From the NCBI GenBank assembly GCA_038316195.1, contig JBBQAJ010000005.1, positions 1 through 38,209 on the forward strand: 38,209 nt of DNA. The letters run 5' to 3'. Origin of the DNA: Candidatus Saccharimonadales bacterium (GTDB lineage: Bacteria; Patescibacteriota; Saccharimonadia; Saccharimonadales; JBBQAJ01). The notes under the pieces are model-generated. The model made no database searches, was not told the DNA's origin, and saw nothing but the letters and a program-made list of their open reading frames with translations. Below are positions 28,850-38,209 of the stretch, piece by piece (the stretch's first letter is position 1; every line of letters starts with the position of its first letter). The translations under genes and the position numbers were made by a program.

Positions 28850-28878
28850 TTGTACAACAACGTTATATCTTATACACT
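28850..28878 (+). promoter_or_regulatory. Candidate sigma70 promoter of the giant surface protein gene
   Basis: TTGTAC-N17-TACACT. Confidence 0.45.
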
Positions 28879-28963
28879 AGAGGTGGGAAATTCTAGCTTT
28901 TTATAGGTAAAATTTTTCTCGTTAAGAAGTAAAATCAAATAAAACTCGAAACAAACAATCAAA

Positions 28964-31900
28964 ATGATCGAATTTCAACCGAATCCTGCCACATCTACCA
29001 CGACTTCAGACTCTATGAGTTCGGTTAATGCAAATAGTACTGATTCATCAGCATCCGTGGCTCAATATGGCCTACCTCAAGTTACCTATTCAACAGATGA
29101 TTTAGAAGTTCATTCTGAGGGTGAAGTGTTTCGACCTCAAGTATCAACTCCAAGTGAAACTTCGCCATTTAGAAACCTACTTGCTTTCACTCGTAAAAAA
29201 TCAATACTAGTTTCTATTGCCATAACTATCTTGGTCATTTTGTTTGCATTTACGAGCCTGTTACTAATAGCTAAAAATAGCTCTAATTCCAAAAAAACTA
29301 TTCAAGCAACAATTCAACCCCAAGACATAAAACTAAAAAATGCCGACTTAGAAGCTCTTCCAAAAGAACTACAGGGGCCCAACCAATCTCTACTTGTTAA
29401 CGGAGATCTAATAACAAGAGGCAGCTTAAAGTTTTCCAATAATAACTTCACATCTATTTTAAAAACTGAAAATGCGACAGACAATCATACCTACACCCTG
29501 CCAAATGCAACTGGAACAATTTGTTTAGACTCCAATAATTGTAAATTTGTAACATCAGACCAACTACAAGCGCTTCAATCTCAGCAAGCAGCAAGCAGTA
29601 GTTCTCAACTAGGTAGTAGTTCTCAAACAGGTGGCGGTTCTCAGGTAAGTGGCGTAACCAAACTAAACGAACAATCTGGAGCACTCACCCTGCAGGGCAG
29701 TGGGGGTTTAACCATAACTTCAGCCGGCAGTACTCTTACCCTCAACTTGCCACAAGACTTAACGACTTTGGGAAGTCCTAATTTTGCAAACCTAGTACTC
29801 AGTAATCCGCTTACAATTACCAGTGGAGGCACTGGTGCTACTACCTTTTCAACAAATGGTGTATTAATTGGCAACGGTACTTCGCCTGTTAGTGCTGTTA
29901 CGGCTGTAGGAGCAGGACTTTGTTTGGTCAGTCAAGCTGCGTCTGCCCCGATATTCAGCGCATGCTCTGCTGCTGCAAGCGTTGCTTCTGTCGATGGTTT
30001 ATCGGGGGTACTAACCATCTTGAATTCATCAGGATCGGGTTCAAATATTACCATAGATAGCGCTTCCACAGTAGTAAAAGGTATAGCGCAGTTTAATAGT
30101 ACTAACTTTAATGTAATAGCTGGAACTGTAAACACTATTCAGGACATCTCAAACAGTGCTGCTCCAAGCTTTGCTGGGCTATCACTTGGTACTGCGTTAT
30201 CGCTTGGTAATGGTGGAACTGGGGCAACGACTGCTTTAGGTGCTAGAACAAACCTCGGTACTGCTGCCAGTGGCGCCAACGCAGATATAACCAGTGCCAC
30301 AGCTTTAAATACAATTACCCCAACTGCAGCATTTACACTTGGTGCTACAACCCAAACATTTACTTTGCAAGGAAACGCTAGTAGTACTATTGTTACCAAC
30401 GGTAGTGGTTTTGCTACTGTAGTTGGATTTAGTGGAGTGCCTATGGGAGCGGTTACTTATAATTTTGACAGATCAGCCACAGCCGGAACGTACACAATTT
30501 GTACTACTGTGGGAAATTGTTCTGGTTCGGGTGGGGGGGTAACGACAGCTGGTGGCACCATCGGCACTATACCTCTTTTTTCAAGTAGTCAGGCATTGTC
30601 AAATTCAATCTTGACTCAGTCCGGTGGCATAATAACGGTGGGTGGTGCAGAAGTCATACAGGGATCAGGTGGTCTGAGCATCGGAACTGCCTCCACAAAT
30701 TCAGGTAAGATCGTTTTATATAACTCCAGCAACGCTAGTACGCTTACACTGCAAAGTGGTGCCACATCTGGAAATGTCACATTTACTCTTCCATCGGCCG
30801 ATGGTTCTAGTGGCCAGTGCCTAAAGACCAGTGGGGGTGGTAGTTTTGTCTTCGGTGATTGTTTAACGGGAAGTGGCGCTGGTGGAGGGGTAACTGCTCT
30901 CAACTCACTGACTGGTGGATTATCATTAAATGGGACAGCTAATCAAATTAATGTTTCTAGTGGTGGTTCAATCATCACACTTTCAACGCCACAAAATATA
31001 GATAGTGGTGCAACACCAAACTTTGCTGGTCTAAACATTACAAGTACTAATGGTGTCACAATTGGAACGGGTGCAAACTTGGGCAAACTAGTGCTTCGAG
31101 ACGGAAGCACGGCATTTACTGGAACATTGCAGCCAGCAACCTTAACAGCCAATAGAATCATAACTATTCCAGATGCTACTGGCACTGTTGCAGTTTCTGG
31201 CAGCGGATATATTTCTGTGAATTCAGTTGGTAATATTAGCTTTACTGGTCCATTGGCAATTGCCGATGGGGGTACAGGGGCGAGCTCTGCACTAAATGCA
31301 CGAAATAATCTAGGGGCAGCTGCCAGTGTTAGTAATGGGGATATTACGAGTACAACAGCACTGAATACAATTACGCCCAGTAGTTCGTTCACCATTGGAG
31401 CAATTGGTCAAAGTTTTACATTGCAAGGTAACACTTCTTCAACAATTGCTTCGTCAAACGGAACATTTTCAACCACACTTAGCTTTACTAGTCCAACCGC
31501 CAACAGATCAATTGTATTGCCTGATGCAGCAGGTACCGTTTGTTTGCAGGGTTCAAATAATTGTGGATTTGCGTCGAGCAGTGGTAATGGCAACTATATT
31601 CAGAATCAAAACGCACTAGATCAAAGTGGTGACTATAGAATATCTGGGATTGGCCGTGCCAATACTGCTTTGCAAGCACCCGTAATTGACACAGCTACTG
31701 CAGTGGCGCTTGGTTTAGGTAGCTTCAATGCAACAGTAATTAACCTCAATCAGGCGACATCCTTAGCTGCAAATAAAAACCTAACGTATACAGCGGGTAC
31801 TGGCAACTTTGACCAATCTGCTAGCACTGGTTTATTTTCCACTGGAACAGGAAGCGTCAGCTTGAACGGAAATACAAGCATCAGTGGCGTTAAAACTCTC

Positions 31901-34900
31901 ACAGTTAACGGTGGTCTAACTACACTCCAAGCTGGTTTGAATGTAATCGGAGGCACTATTAATCTCAATGCAAGCAGTAACAACGCGAGTAATATTAATA
32001 CTGGTACATCATCGGGAGCAGTTAGTATCGGAAATAGTGCAGCAGGAGCTGTAAACATACAAAGTGCCAGTACTATTGGACTAACTGGCACAACAACCAT
32101 TTCTGGTTTAACTGCCGGCTCAGCCAATGCTCTAACAGTCAATAATTCAACTAGTACGGGTAACATCCTTACCCTGCAAGATAACGGTAGTGCTGTCTTG
32201 ACTGTCAGAGATGGTGGTTCATTCTTGCTCGGTGGAACCACGCCATATAGTGTCTGGTCAATTCCAGGCTTTGATTACGAGCACACGTTCACTGCCACCA
32301 GTTGCATTGTTTTTGGTTGTTATGGAGTTGTGTTTTCCCCAACGTTTGATAATCCAAGTAGCACGGGTTTAATGTCGGGTATAACGCTCAACCCATCGTA
32401 TACAAATGCCACAAGTGGAGACGCGGCTCCCTTAAGAGTGACTGCTAATATTTCTTCTTCGACTCTCTCAAGCATCACCTCGACGAATATTGCAACGTCT
32501 CTAACCAATTCAACAATATCTACTAGCAACATCGGAATTAGTATTGCAACGTCTCTAACCAATTCAACAATATCTGGTAATAACTACGGTATATATATCA
32601 GCGACCCTAGTCTTGCAACTTCAACAATATCTGGAACGAACTATGGCCTATACGTAGACGGACAAACGGCAGGGTCATTCAATACAGGGGTAGCAATAGT
32701 TGAAGCTTCACAACAGACACTCTGGTTAGGCAAGGGTGCCGATAGTACAACTCCGAATTCAGGTATAGCTTTCGGTAATTCACGTGATACTAATCTATTT
32801 CGTTACGGTGCTAATTCACTACACACAAACGGCTCTTTTAGTTTTGACGGTAACTTGACCATTGGTGATGCTAGTTTGGATAGTGTATCCGTGAACGCGA
32901 GCAACTGGACATTTGCAAACGATACATACTTTGCCCTTGCATCAGGGAAGCATCTTAATATTAATACGCTTGTCACCCCAGATACGAAAGCTCAATTGGC
33001 AATAAGTACAGGTGCTAGTGGAAACAAAGGTCTTGTGATTCAAGGATTTTCAGTGAGTCAAGGTAATAATTTGCTCGAAGTCCAAAGTTCCGCAGGAAGT
33101 GTAAGATTCAGAATTGATAAAACAGGTAGAATCCTTGGATCAGACGACAGTGCAACCTCAAGTACTGACTTGACTACCATAAAAACAGGTGATACAACGG
33201 GTGGCAGCGGATTAACAACTGGCGTGCTAACGCTTAAATCTGGAGACGGTAGTGGAACAAATAGCTCCAGTGGAAATGTTGTTTTAGACAGTGGATCAAT
33301 AAGTGGGTCCGGAACAGCAGGTACATTAAGCCTTGGAGCAACTAACGCTAGTGCCGTAACTATAGGTGTAAGCGGTCGGCAGATTATTATACCTGGATAT
33401 GCAAACTTACAAGGTACGCAGGGTCTTACACTTGGTATTACAGCAGGAGCAACCGGGCTATTACAGTTTAAAGGATTGACTGCAGCTTCAGGAATCATAC
33501 AACTAATTGGTCAGAATAATCCAACAGGTACCCAGGTCATAACCCTTCCAAACGAAACCGGCACAGTTTGTACGACCGGTTCAGTTTGTGCAGGTTATGC
33601 CCCCAGCTCACTTGGTAGTGGCTACATAAACAATGGTACAAGCATCCAAACAAATGCTAACATTGCTATTCAAAGTATAGGTACCAACAATGTTACTGCA
33701 AAAATCAAACAAAATGCAAGCCAGACAGCAGATTTATTACAAATACTAGACAGTAGTAGCAACAACTTATTAACAGTTAGTACTTCAGGCGCACTTATGC
33801 TAAAAGGAGCTCAAACTTTGGATTTGACTACAGAATCGACAGCATCAGCAAATACGTTGACTTTAGGGCCAGGAATCAGCACTGCGATAAGTGGTAGTGG
33901 TGCCATATTAAATCTACAAGCAGGTGATCAATCTGGTAATACTTGTAGCCCTAATTGTTCAGGTGGCAAAGTTTGGATTCTGGGCGGAAATGCGACTGGT
34001 TCCGGAGGAACTCGTAATGGGGGGAGTGTCGCCGTCGATTCAGGTATTGGCTTATCCGCAAACGGTAGCGTTTTTATAGGCAATACAAACGCTATTCTAA
34101 CTGCAATTGGACGAGTTGGTGGTTCAACGACTATAGATGGTGGTGCGAACTCCAGGATCACTTTTAATAACTTTAGCGTAGGAACCAGTGGTCAAGCTAC
34201 TATAGCTCCAACCACTAACTCAATTGTTGGCCTAACAATTAACGGCACAAGTGGTACTGCTGCAACAGCTGCAAATATACTCCAGGGAGGCGCTGCAACC
34301 GGCCTAGGTATAACAAGTAGCAATACTGGGACAGGTCAAAGCATAAGTCTAACTAATACTTCAGGCACTCAAGCAGCTGGTTTATCAATTGACCGCAACG
34401 GAGCAGGTGGCACAACCACAAGTCTATTAAGCCTGAGCAACACTGCCGGTACAGCTACTAATGCCATTAACATTACTGGCGCCTATACTAATTTAATAAA
34501 TACGCCTACATTTACTTTAACCAATGGAGGTACTTTGTTGGCAGCCAGTGGCTATGACAAAATTGGTGCTAGTGGTGCGATAGGCTTCGGCAATGCCGTT
34601 GCAACAACCCTAAACATAGGAAGCAACGGCGGCACCAATCCAGCAATAAATATCGATTCTGGTACTAGCACCATAGCTATTGGAACAGGTGCACAAGCCC
34701 GCACAATAAATCTTGGCACCGGCGCGGCTATCCAAACAGTAGCACTTGGATCTACAACCGGTTCCAGTAGCACGGTAATTCAAGGTGGTACTGGCAATGC
34801 CATTGGTGATATTAATATCGGTGATGTCGCTGTATCTGGAAAGATTATAGATATTGGTTCCGTAGATAATGCTGCTACATCCACAGTTCGGATTGCTACA

Positions 34901-37273
34901 GCTGGAGGCAGTGCCCAGACTGTTAGCATTGGTTCGATCAATGGTGGTAGCGCCTTAACATTGGAAGCTGGTACGGGGGCAAGCTCTATACAAATTGGTA
35001 ATAGTACTAATGCTCATGGCATTATGATTGGCACCGGCGCGGCTATCCAAACAGTAACACTTGGATCTACAACCGGTTCCAGTAGCACGGTAATTCAAGG
35101 TGGTACTGGCAACATTTTGCTTAATAGTGCCGCCGGTTCGGTCATAGTTAAGAATACTACCGATTCAAGTGGAGCATTCCAAATTCAGAATTCGAGCAAT
35201 ATAAACGTGCTATCAGTAGACACAACAGCCGATGCCAATAACTTGATTACAAACCCCAATTTCGAAATTAATGCTACCGGCTGGGCTGCTTTAGGCTCAT
35301 CGACATTAACTCGAACTACCACTTCAGGACAGGTGTACGAAGGGGTTGGTGCGCTCAAGATTGCGACCACTGGTGTTGTAGGTGACGGTGCCAAATTCAA
35401 CTATAATTTAGCTGGTAGTACGGCGTATGTATTTACATTTATGGCAAGAATTACAACGGGTACCTTTACGACGTTTAATTTGGGGCGAAGCGATGATGGC
35501 AGTACCTTATCATCTTGCACATTCTCTGCAATTGACATAACACTAAGTAACGCAGGTTGGCAATATATTTCTTGTCCGTTCACCACTGGTGCAGTATCAG
35601 GCACTCGTTTTGTATATGTAAAGCAATCCGATGCTACTCCCCGAAATATATATATAGACGCCGTTACGCTGACGCAATCATCCAATAATAATTATGTTTA
35701 TAAGAACGCGTCAATAAGCCTCAATGCCGTGCTTAACACTCCTTTGGCAGTTCAGCCAACTGTAGACACAGATGTGGCATTAAGGATTGCAACAGCATCG
35801 GGGGGTATAAATGTACTCAGTGTTGATACCGTTAATCAAAAAGTAAATGCAATTAGTAATATAGGTAACGCTTTCACAGGCATAACAACCGTCACAGGGA
35901 GTTATGGTGTGGTTGGCAGCAGTAACCTTATAACTGGAGGAGGTGGCGTCCAGGCTAACGGTGCTGATGGCTACGGAATATACGGCGACAGTTTATCTAA
36001 TACTTCAGGTATCTTCATCACAAGTAATATTGCAGGTACAAACACTTTTCCAACATTGGTGACTAAAGCTAACACAGCACAATCAGCTGACCTGTTCCAG
36101 GCTCAAGACTCTAGCGGTGCTGCACTAAGTATCATTAATATAAATGGATACATTGGAGTAAATAATGCAACAGCTCCCAACAAACTCAGCATTAATACCT
36201 TAACAACCCCTGACTCATTATTCCAGGCAGCGATAAGTACTGGCACAAATGGCAATAAGGGATTGTTGATTCAAGGTGTCGCAGGGCAAGCTACAACTGA
36301 CACATTACTATCTGCTCAGTCATCTAATGGTACTGTACAATTCAAGCTTGATTTGAATGGCAATGCGTATGCCACAAATTCGTTCAACCTGACATCAACT
36401 AGCGTAGCTACAGAAGGGAAGTTTATAAAATATCAAACAGTTGGTTCAACGAATGTTAATCAATATGATGTTGTTGTTCTAGTTAATGATTCTGGGTCTT
36501 CAAAGGTTGTCCCCGCAAGTGTGGCGCGTGACAATAGAGTATATGGAGTCGCTGTAACAACTACAACAACAGGTAGTAATGTGGCTGTTGCAATAGGTGG
36601 TAATTATCAAGTAACAGCAGATACGGGTGCAGTAGCAATAGGTGACCAATTAGTCACTTCACTCACTTCAGGACAGGTAACGGTTGCCAATAAAGCTACA
36701 ACTGGTATTGTTGGAATTGCAACAACATCAAAATCCGCCGGATCATCCGGTCTTGTGGGTATATCAATTAGGACTGTCAAAGGTCAATATGATTCTATAT
36801 TTAGAACCAATGCAGATTCTGCTACCGCTTTCCAAATTCAAAAAGCTGACGGAACGTCTATATTTACTGTTGATAGCTCAACGATGACACTAACTGTAAA
36901 GACGCTAGATGTAAATGGTAATTTAACAGTCAATGGACACTTCATTTCTGGAAATACTAGTGGAAGTACCACGGCTGCGCTAAATGCTAATTGTGGAACA
37001 GGCTGTACGGTTTCTATTAGTGGGAATGACTCTGCAGGAATAGTTACAATAAACTCAGGCACCGGAGCGGCAGCAGGAATTCAGGCAACAATTACGTTTG
37101 CTAATGCTTATGGGACAGCCCCAAGTATAGTGTTAACACCTGAAACCGTACCCGCAGCTTCTACATTCCCGCAATACCATTACGCGTCCACCACTACTAC
37201 TTTTGACTTGAAGTCGTACAATGCATTGACGGACTCAAAGACATACAAATTTAGTTATCATATTTTTCAATAA
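28964..37273 (+). CDS. Giant (2769 aa) membrane-anchored Ser/Thr/Gly/Asn-rich surface protein; tail-fibre-like putative adhesin
   Basis: Uninterrupted 8.3-kb ORF. Single TM helix near aa 80-103. GGTGA..AR.NLG, V..L...SG.L and LP...GT.C repeats. CBM-like domain starting NLITNPNFE..GW. C-terminal TITFANAY..PSIVLTP domain. Confidence 0.88.
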   Translation: MIEFQPNPATSTTTSDSMSSVNANSTDSSASVAQYGLPQVTYSTDDLEVHSEGEVFRPQVSTPSETSPFRNLLAFTRKKSILVSIAITILVILFAFTSLLLIAKNSSNSKKTIQATIQPQDIKLKNADLEALPKELQGPNQSLLVNGDLITRGSLKFSNNNFTSILKTENATDNHTYTLPNATGTICLDSNNCKFVTSDQLQALQSQQAASSSSQLGSSSQTGGGSQVSGVTKLNEQSGALTLQGSGGLTITSAGSTLTLNLPQDLTTLGSPNFANLVLSNPLTITSGGTGATTFSTNGVLIGNGTSPVSAVTAVGAGLCLVSQAASAPIFSACSAAASVASVDGLSGVLTILNSSGSGSNITIDSASTVVKGIAQFNSTNFNVIAGTVNTIQDISNSAAPSFAGLSLGTALSLGNGGTGATTALGARTNLGTAASGANADITSATALNTITPTAAFTLGATTQTFTLQGNASSTIVTNGSGFATVVGFSGVPMGAVTYNFDRSATAGTYTICTTVGNCSGSGGGVTTAGGTIGTIPLFSSSQALSNSILTQSGGIITVGGAEVIQGSGGLSIGTASTNSGKIVLYNSSNASTLTLQSGATSGNVTFTLPSADGSSGQCLKTSGGGSFVFGDCLTGSGAGGGVTALNSLTGGLSLNGTANQINVSSGGSIITLSTPQNIDSGATPNFAGLNITSTNGVTIGTGANLGKLVLRDGSTAFTGTLQPATLTANRIITIPDATGTVAVSGSGYISVNSVGNISFTGPLAIADGGTGASSALNARNNLGAAASVSNGDITSTTALNTITPSSSFTIGAIGQSFTLQGNTSSTIASSNGTFSTTLSFTSPTANRSIVLPDAAGTVCLQGSNNCGFASSSGNGNYIQNQNALDQSGDYRISGIGRANTALQAPVIDTATAVALGLGSFNATVINLNQATSLAANKNLTYTAGTGNFDQSASTGLFSTGTGSVSLNGNTSISGVKTLTVNGGLTTLQAGLNVIGGTINLNASSNNASNINTGTSSGAVSIGNSAAGAVNIQSASTIGLTGTTTISGLTAGSANALTVNNSTSTGNILTLQDNGSAVLTVRDGGSFLLGGTTPYSVWSIPGFDYEHTFTATSCIVFGCYGVVFSPTFDNPSSTGLMSGITLNPSYTNATSGDAAPLRVTANISSSTLSSITSTNIATSLTNSTISTSNIGISIATSLTNSTISGNNYGIYISDPSLATSTISGTNYGLYVDGQTAGSFNTGVAIVEASQQTLWLGKGADSTTPNSGIAFGNSRDTNLFRYGANSLHTNGSFSFDGNLTIGDASLDSVSVNASNWTFANDTYFALASGKHLNINTLVTPDTKAQLAISTGASGNKGLVIQGFSVSQGNNLLEVQSSAGSVRFRIDKTGRILGSDDSATSSTDLTTIKTGDTTGGSGLTTGVLTLKSGDGSGTNSSSGNVVLDSGSISGSGTAGTLSLGATNASAVTIGVSGRQIIIPGYANLQGTQGLTLGITAGATGLLQFKGLTAASGIIQLIGQNNPTGTQVITLPNETGTVCTTGSVCAGYAPSSLGSGYINNGTSIQTNANIAIQSIGTNNVTAKIKQNASQTADLLQILDSSSNNLLTVSTSGALMLKGAQTLDLTTESTASANTLTLGPGISTAISGSGAILNLQAGDQSGNTCSPNCSGGKVWILGGNATGSGGTRNGGSVAVDSGIGLSANGSVFIGNTNAILTAIGRVGGSTTIDGGANSRITFNNFSVGTSGQATIAPTTNSIVGLTINGTSGTAATAANILQGGAATGLGITSSNTGTGQSISLTNTSGTQAAGLSIDRNGAGGTTTSLLSLSNTAGTATNAINITGAYTNLINTPTFTLTNGGTLLAASGYDKIGASGAIGFGNAVATTLNIGSNGGTNPAINIDSGTSTIAIGTGAQARTINLGTGAAIQTVALGSTTGSSSTVIQGGTGNAIGDINIGDVAVSGKIIDIGSVDNAATSTVRIATAGGSAQTVSIGSINGGSALTLEAGTGASSIQIGNSTNAHGIMIGTGAAIQTVTLGSTTGSSSTVIQGGTGNILLNSAAGSVIVKNTTDSSGAFQIQNSSNINVLSVDTTADANNLITNPNFEINATGWAALGSSTLTRTTTSGQVYEGVGALKIATTGVVGDGAKFNYNLAGSTAYVFTFMARITTGTFTTFNLGRSDDGSTLSSCTFSAIDITLSNAGWQYISCPFTTGAVSGTRFVYVKQSDATPRNIYIDAVTLTQSSNNNYVYKNASISLNAVLNTPLAVQPTVDTDVALRIATASGGINVLSVDTVNQKVNAISNIGNAFTGITTVTGSYGVVGSSNLITGGGGVQANGADGYGIYGDSLSNTSGIFITSNIAGTNTFPTLVTKANTAQSADLFQAQDSSGAALSIININGYIGVNNATAPNKLSINTLTTPDSLFQAAISTGTNGNKGLLIQGVAGQATTDTLLSAQSSNGTVQFKLDLNGNAYATNSFNLTSTSVATEGKFIKYQTVGSTNVNQYDVVVLVNDSGSSKVVPASVARDNRVYGVAVTTTTTGSNVAVAIGGNYQVTADTGAVAIGDQLVTSLTSGQVTVANKATTGIVGIATTSKSAGSSGLVGISIRTVKGQYDSIFRTNADSATAFQIQKADGTSIFTVDSSTMTLTVKTLDVNGNLTVNGHFISGNTSGSTTAALNANCGTGCTVSISGNDSAGIVTINSGTGAAAGIQATITFANAYGTAPSIVLTPETVPAASTFPQYHYASTTTTFDLKSYNALTDSKTYKFSYHIFQ
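32488..32575 (+). repeat. Exact 34-bp direct repeat within the giant gene (32488-32521, 32542-32575), 54-bp period
   Basis: TATTGCAACGTCTCTAACCAATTCAACAATATCT occurs twice, with a partial third copy near 32612-32633. Confidence 0.95.
34713..35112 (+). repeat. 85-bp direct repeat within the giant gene (34713-34797, 35028-35112), one mismatch, 315 bp apart
   Basis: TTGGCACCGGCGCGGCTATCCAAACAGTA(G/A)CACTTGG...GGTACTGGCAA occurs twice in the same reading frame. Confidence 0.95.
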
Positions 37274-37503
37274 ATTGTTTTGAACACATAATTTAACAGA
37301 GATTCAGAAATAGTGTTTGTAAAATATACAACCTAGAGTGTGTATAACTAATCCTTATCGATGTTATGAGGTGAGCTAGATTTGCAATTAAACAAACAGG
37401 GGCTGTAAAGAAGTAAACTTAAGTGTAAAATAAAATTACGGCTATCTGTAATAAAAACAATAAATTAAGCCCAAAGATCTAAATAAAAATTTCAAAAAAC
37501 AAT

Positions 37504-38209
37504 ATGAACGAAGAACAGTGGCGATCTCAAAACTCAGATCTAGAATCTCCAGAAGAAACTTCTGTGCAGGTAGTTTCTGAGCCTAAAGTTTTTGAGCGAC
37601 CAAAGAAGTTTAGATATATCGTATGGATAGTTCTTTCCATACTTTTCCTAATTACTATTGTGATAATAATATTCTGGTTGCGGCAAAGAGCAATAGACAA
37701 ACATAATTTGCAAAATGAAAATCCGGTAAAAGTTCAAGAAGTAGATTCTTCGTCATTGGCAAATTCATCTAAAGCAATAGATGCAAACAATGCTGATAAA
37801 GTTGTTGTAAACGGGCAACTACAAGCCAACCAAGGTGTTGTACTATCTCCAACTTCTCAACCAAATGGTCCCGCTCCAGGACAGTTATACTTTGACAAAA
37901 CAACTAACCAGATAAACTACTATAATGGCTCTGGATTTATTCCTTTTGCTTCTCAAGTTGACTTATCCATTATACAGGGGCAAGTTACATCTTTAACTCA
38001 ATCGTTAGCTGAATTTACTTCCGGATCGTTAGGTACAAGAGTTACTTCACTTCAAGCTATAACGGGTGATTTAACATTGCTAGGTAGTGGGGGCCTAACC
38101 ATATCTTCAGCAGGTACTTCTCTAACCCTCAACTTACCTCAGAACTTGACGACAACAGCCAATCCAACTTTTGCTAGTATAGCTTTGTCTAGCCCACTAT
38201 CAACCAGTA
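37504..38209 (+). CDS. Second membrane-anchored tail-fibre-like surface protein, paralogue of 28964-37273 (3' end outside the window)
   Basis: Not in the ORF track because it has no stop inside the window. Manual translation: MNEEQWRSQ...KKFRYIVWIVLSILFLITIVIIIFWLRQR...PGQLYFDKTTNQINYYNG...VTSLQAITGDLTLLGSGGLTISSAGTSLTLNLPQNLTTTANPTFA, matching the VTKLNEQSGALTLQGSGGLTITSAGSTLTLNLPQDLTTLGSPNFA module of the upstream protein. Confidence 0.88.
   Translation, partial: MNEEQWRSQNSDLESPEETSVQVVSEPKVFERPKKFRYIVWIVLSILFLITIVIIIFWLRQRAIDKHNLQNENPVKVQEVDSSSLANSSKAIDANNADKVVVNGQLQANQGVVLSPTSQPNGPAPGQLYFDKTTNQINYYNGSGFIPFASQVDLSIIQGQVTSLTQSLAEFTSGSLGTRVTSLQAITGDLTLLGSGGLTISSAGTSLTLNLPQNLTTTANPTFASIALSSPLSTS

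Noticed and set aside
32488..32575. Mini CRISPR array (34-bp repeats)
   Set aside because: Only two copies with a 20-bp gap, in frame within a CDS, and no cas genes.
34713..35112. Template/variable repeat pair of a diversity-generating retroelement
   Set aside because: Only one mismatch, both copies are coding and mid-gene, and there is no reverse transcriptase in the window.
29454..37062. Many minus-strand and alternate-frame ORFs inside the giant gene (and inside rpsA, infB, nrdJ, ileS)
   Set aside because: Shadow ORFs produced by the codon bias of the real genes; none has a recognisable motif.

Overview
AT-rich chromosomal segment, most likely from a Patescibacteria/CPR genome of the Saccharibacteria (TM7) type. 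That assignment is inferred from a DUF5663-like gene, a short IF2, rRNA introns and compact gene packing. The window opens in the 3' part of a 23S rRNA gene interrupted by two group I introns, each encoding a LAGLIDADG homing endonuclease. One intron sits at the I-CreI site (L2593) and the other inside the sarcin-ricin loop. Next come 5S rRNA, two exported glycoside hydrolases (GH114/GHL15-like and GH18) and a KGG stress protein with a structured leader. A housekeeping block follows: ROK, rpsA, infB, fmt, def, priA, rpsU, yqeY, adk, map, ftsA, ftsZ, nrdR-nrdJ with NrdR boxes, ileS behind an actinobacterial-type T-box riboswitch, and rplU. The window ends in a surface-protein locus: a small membrane protein, a 2769-aa membrane-anchored tail-fibre-like protein, and a paralogue that runs off the end. 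All protein calls come from motif recognition by eye; no database searches were run.
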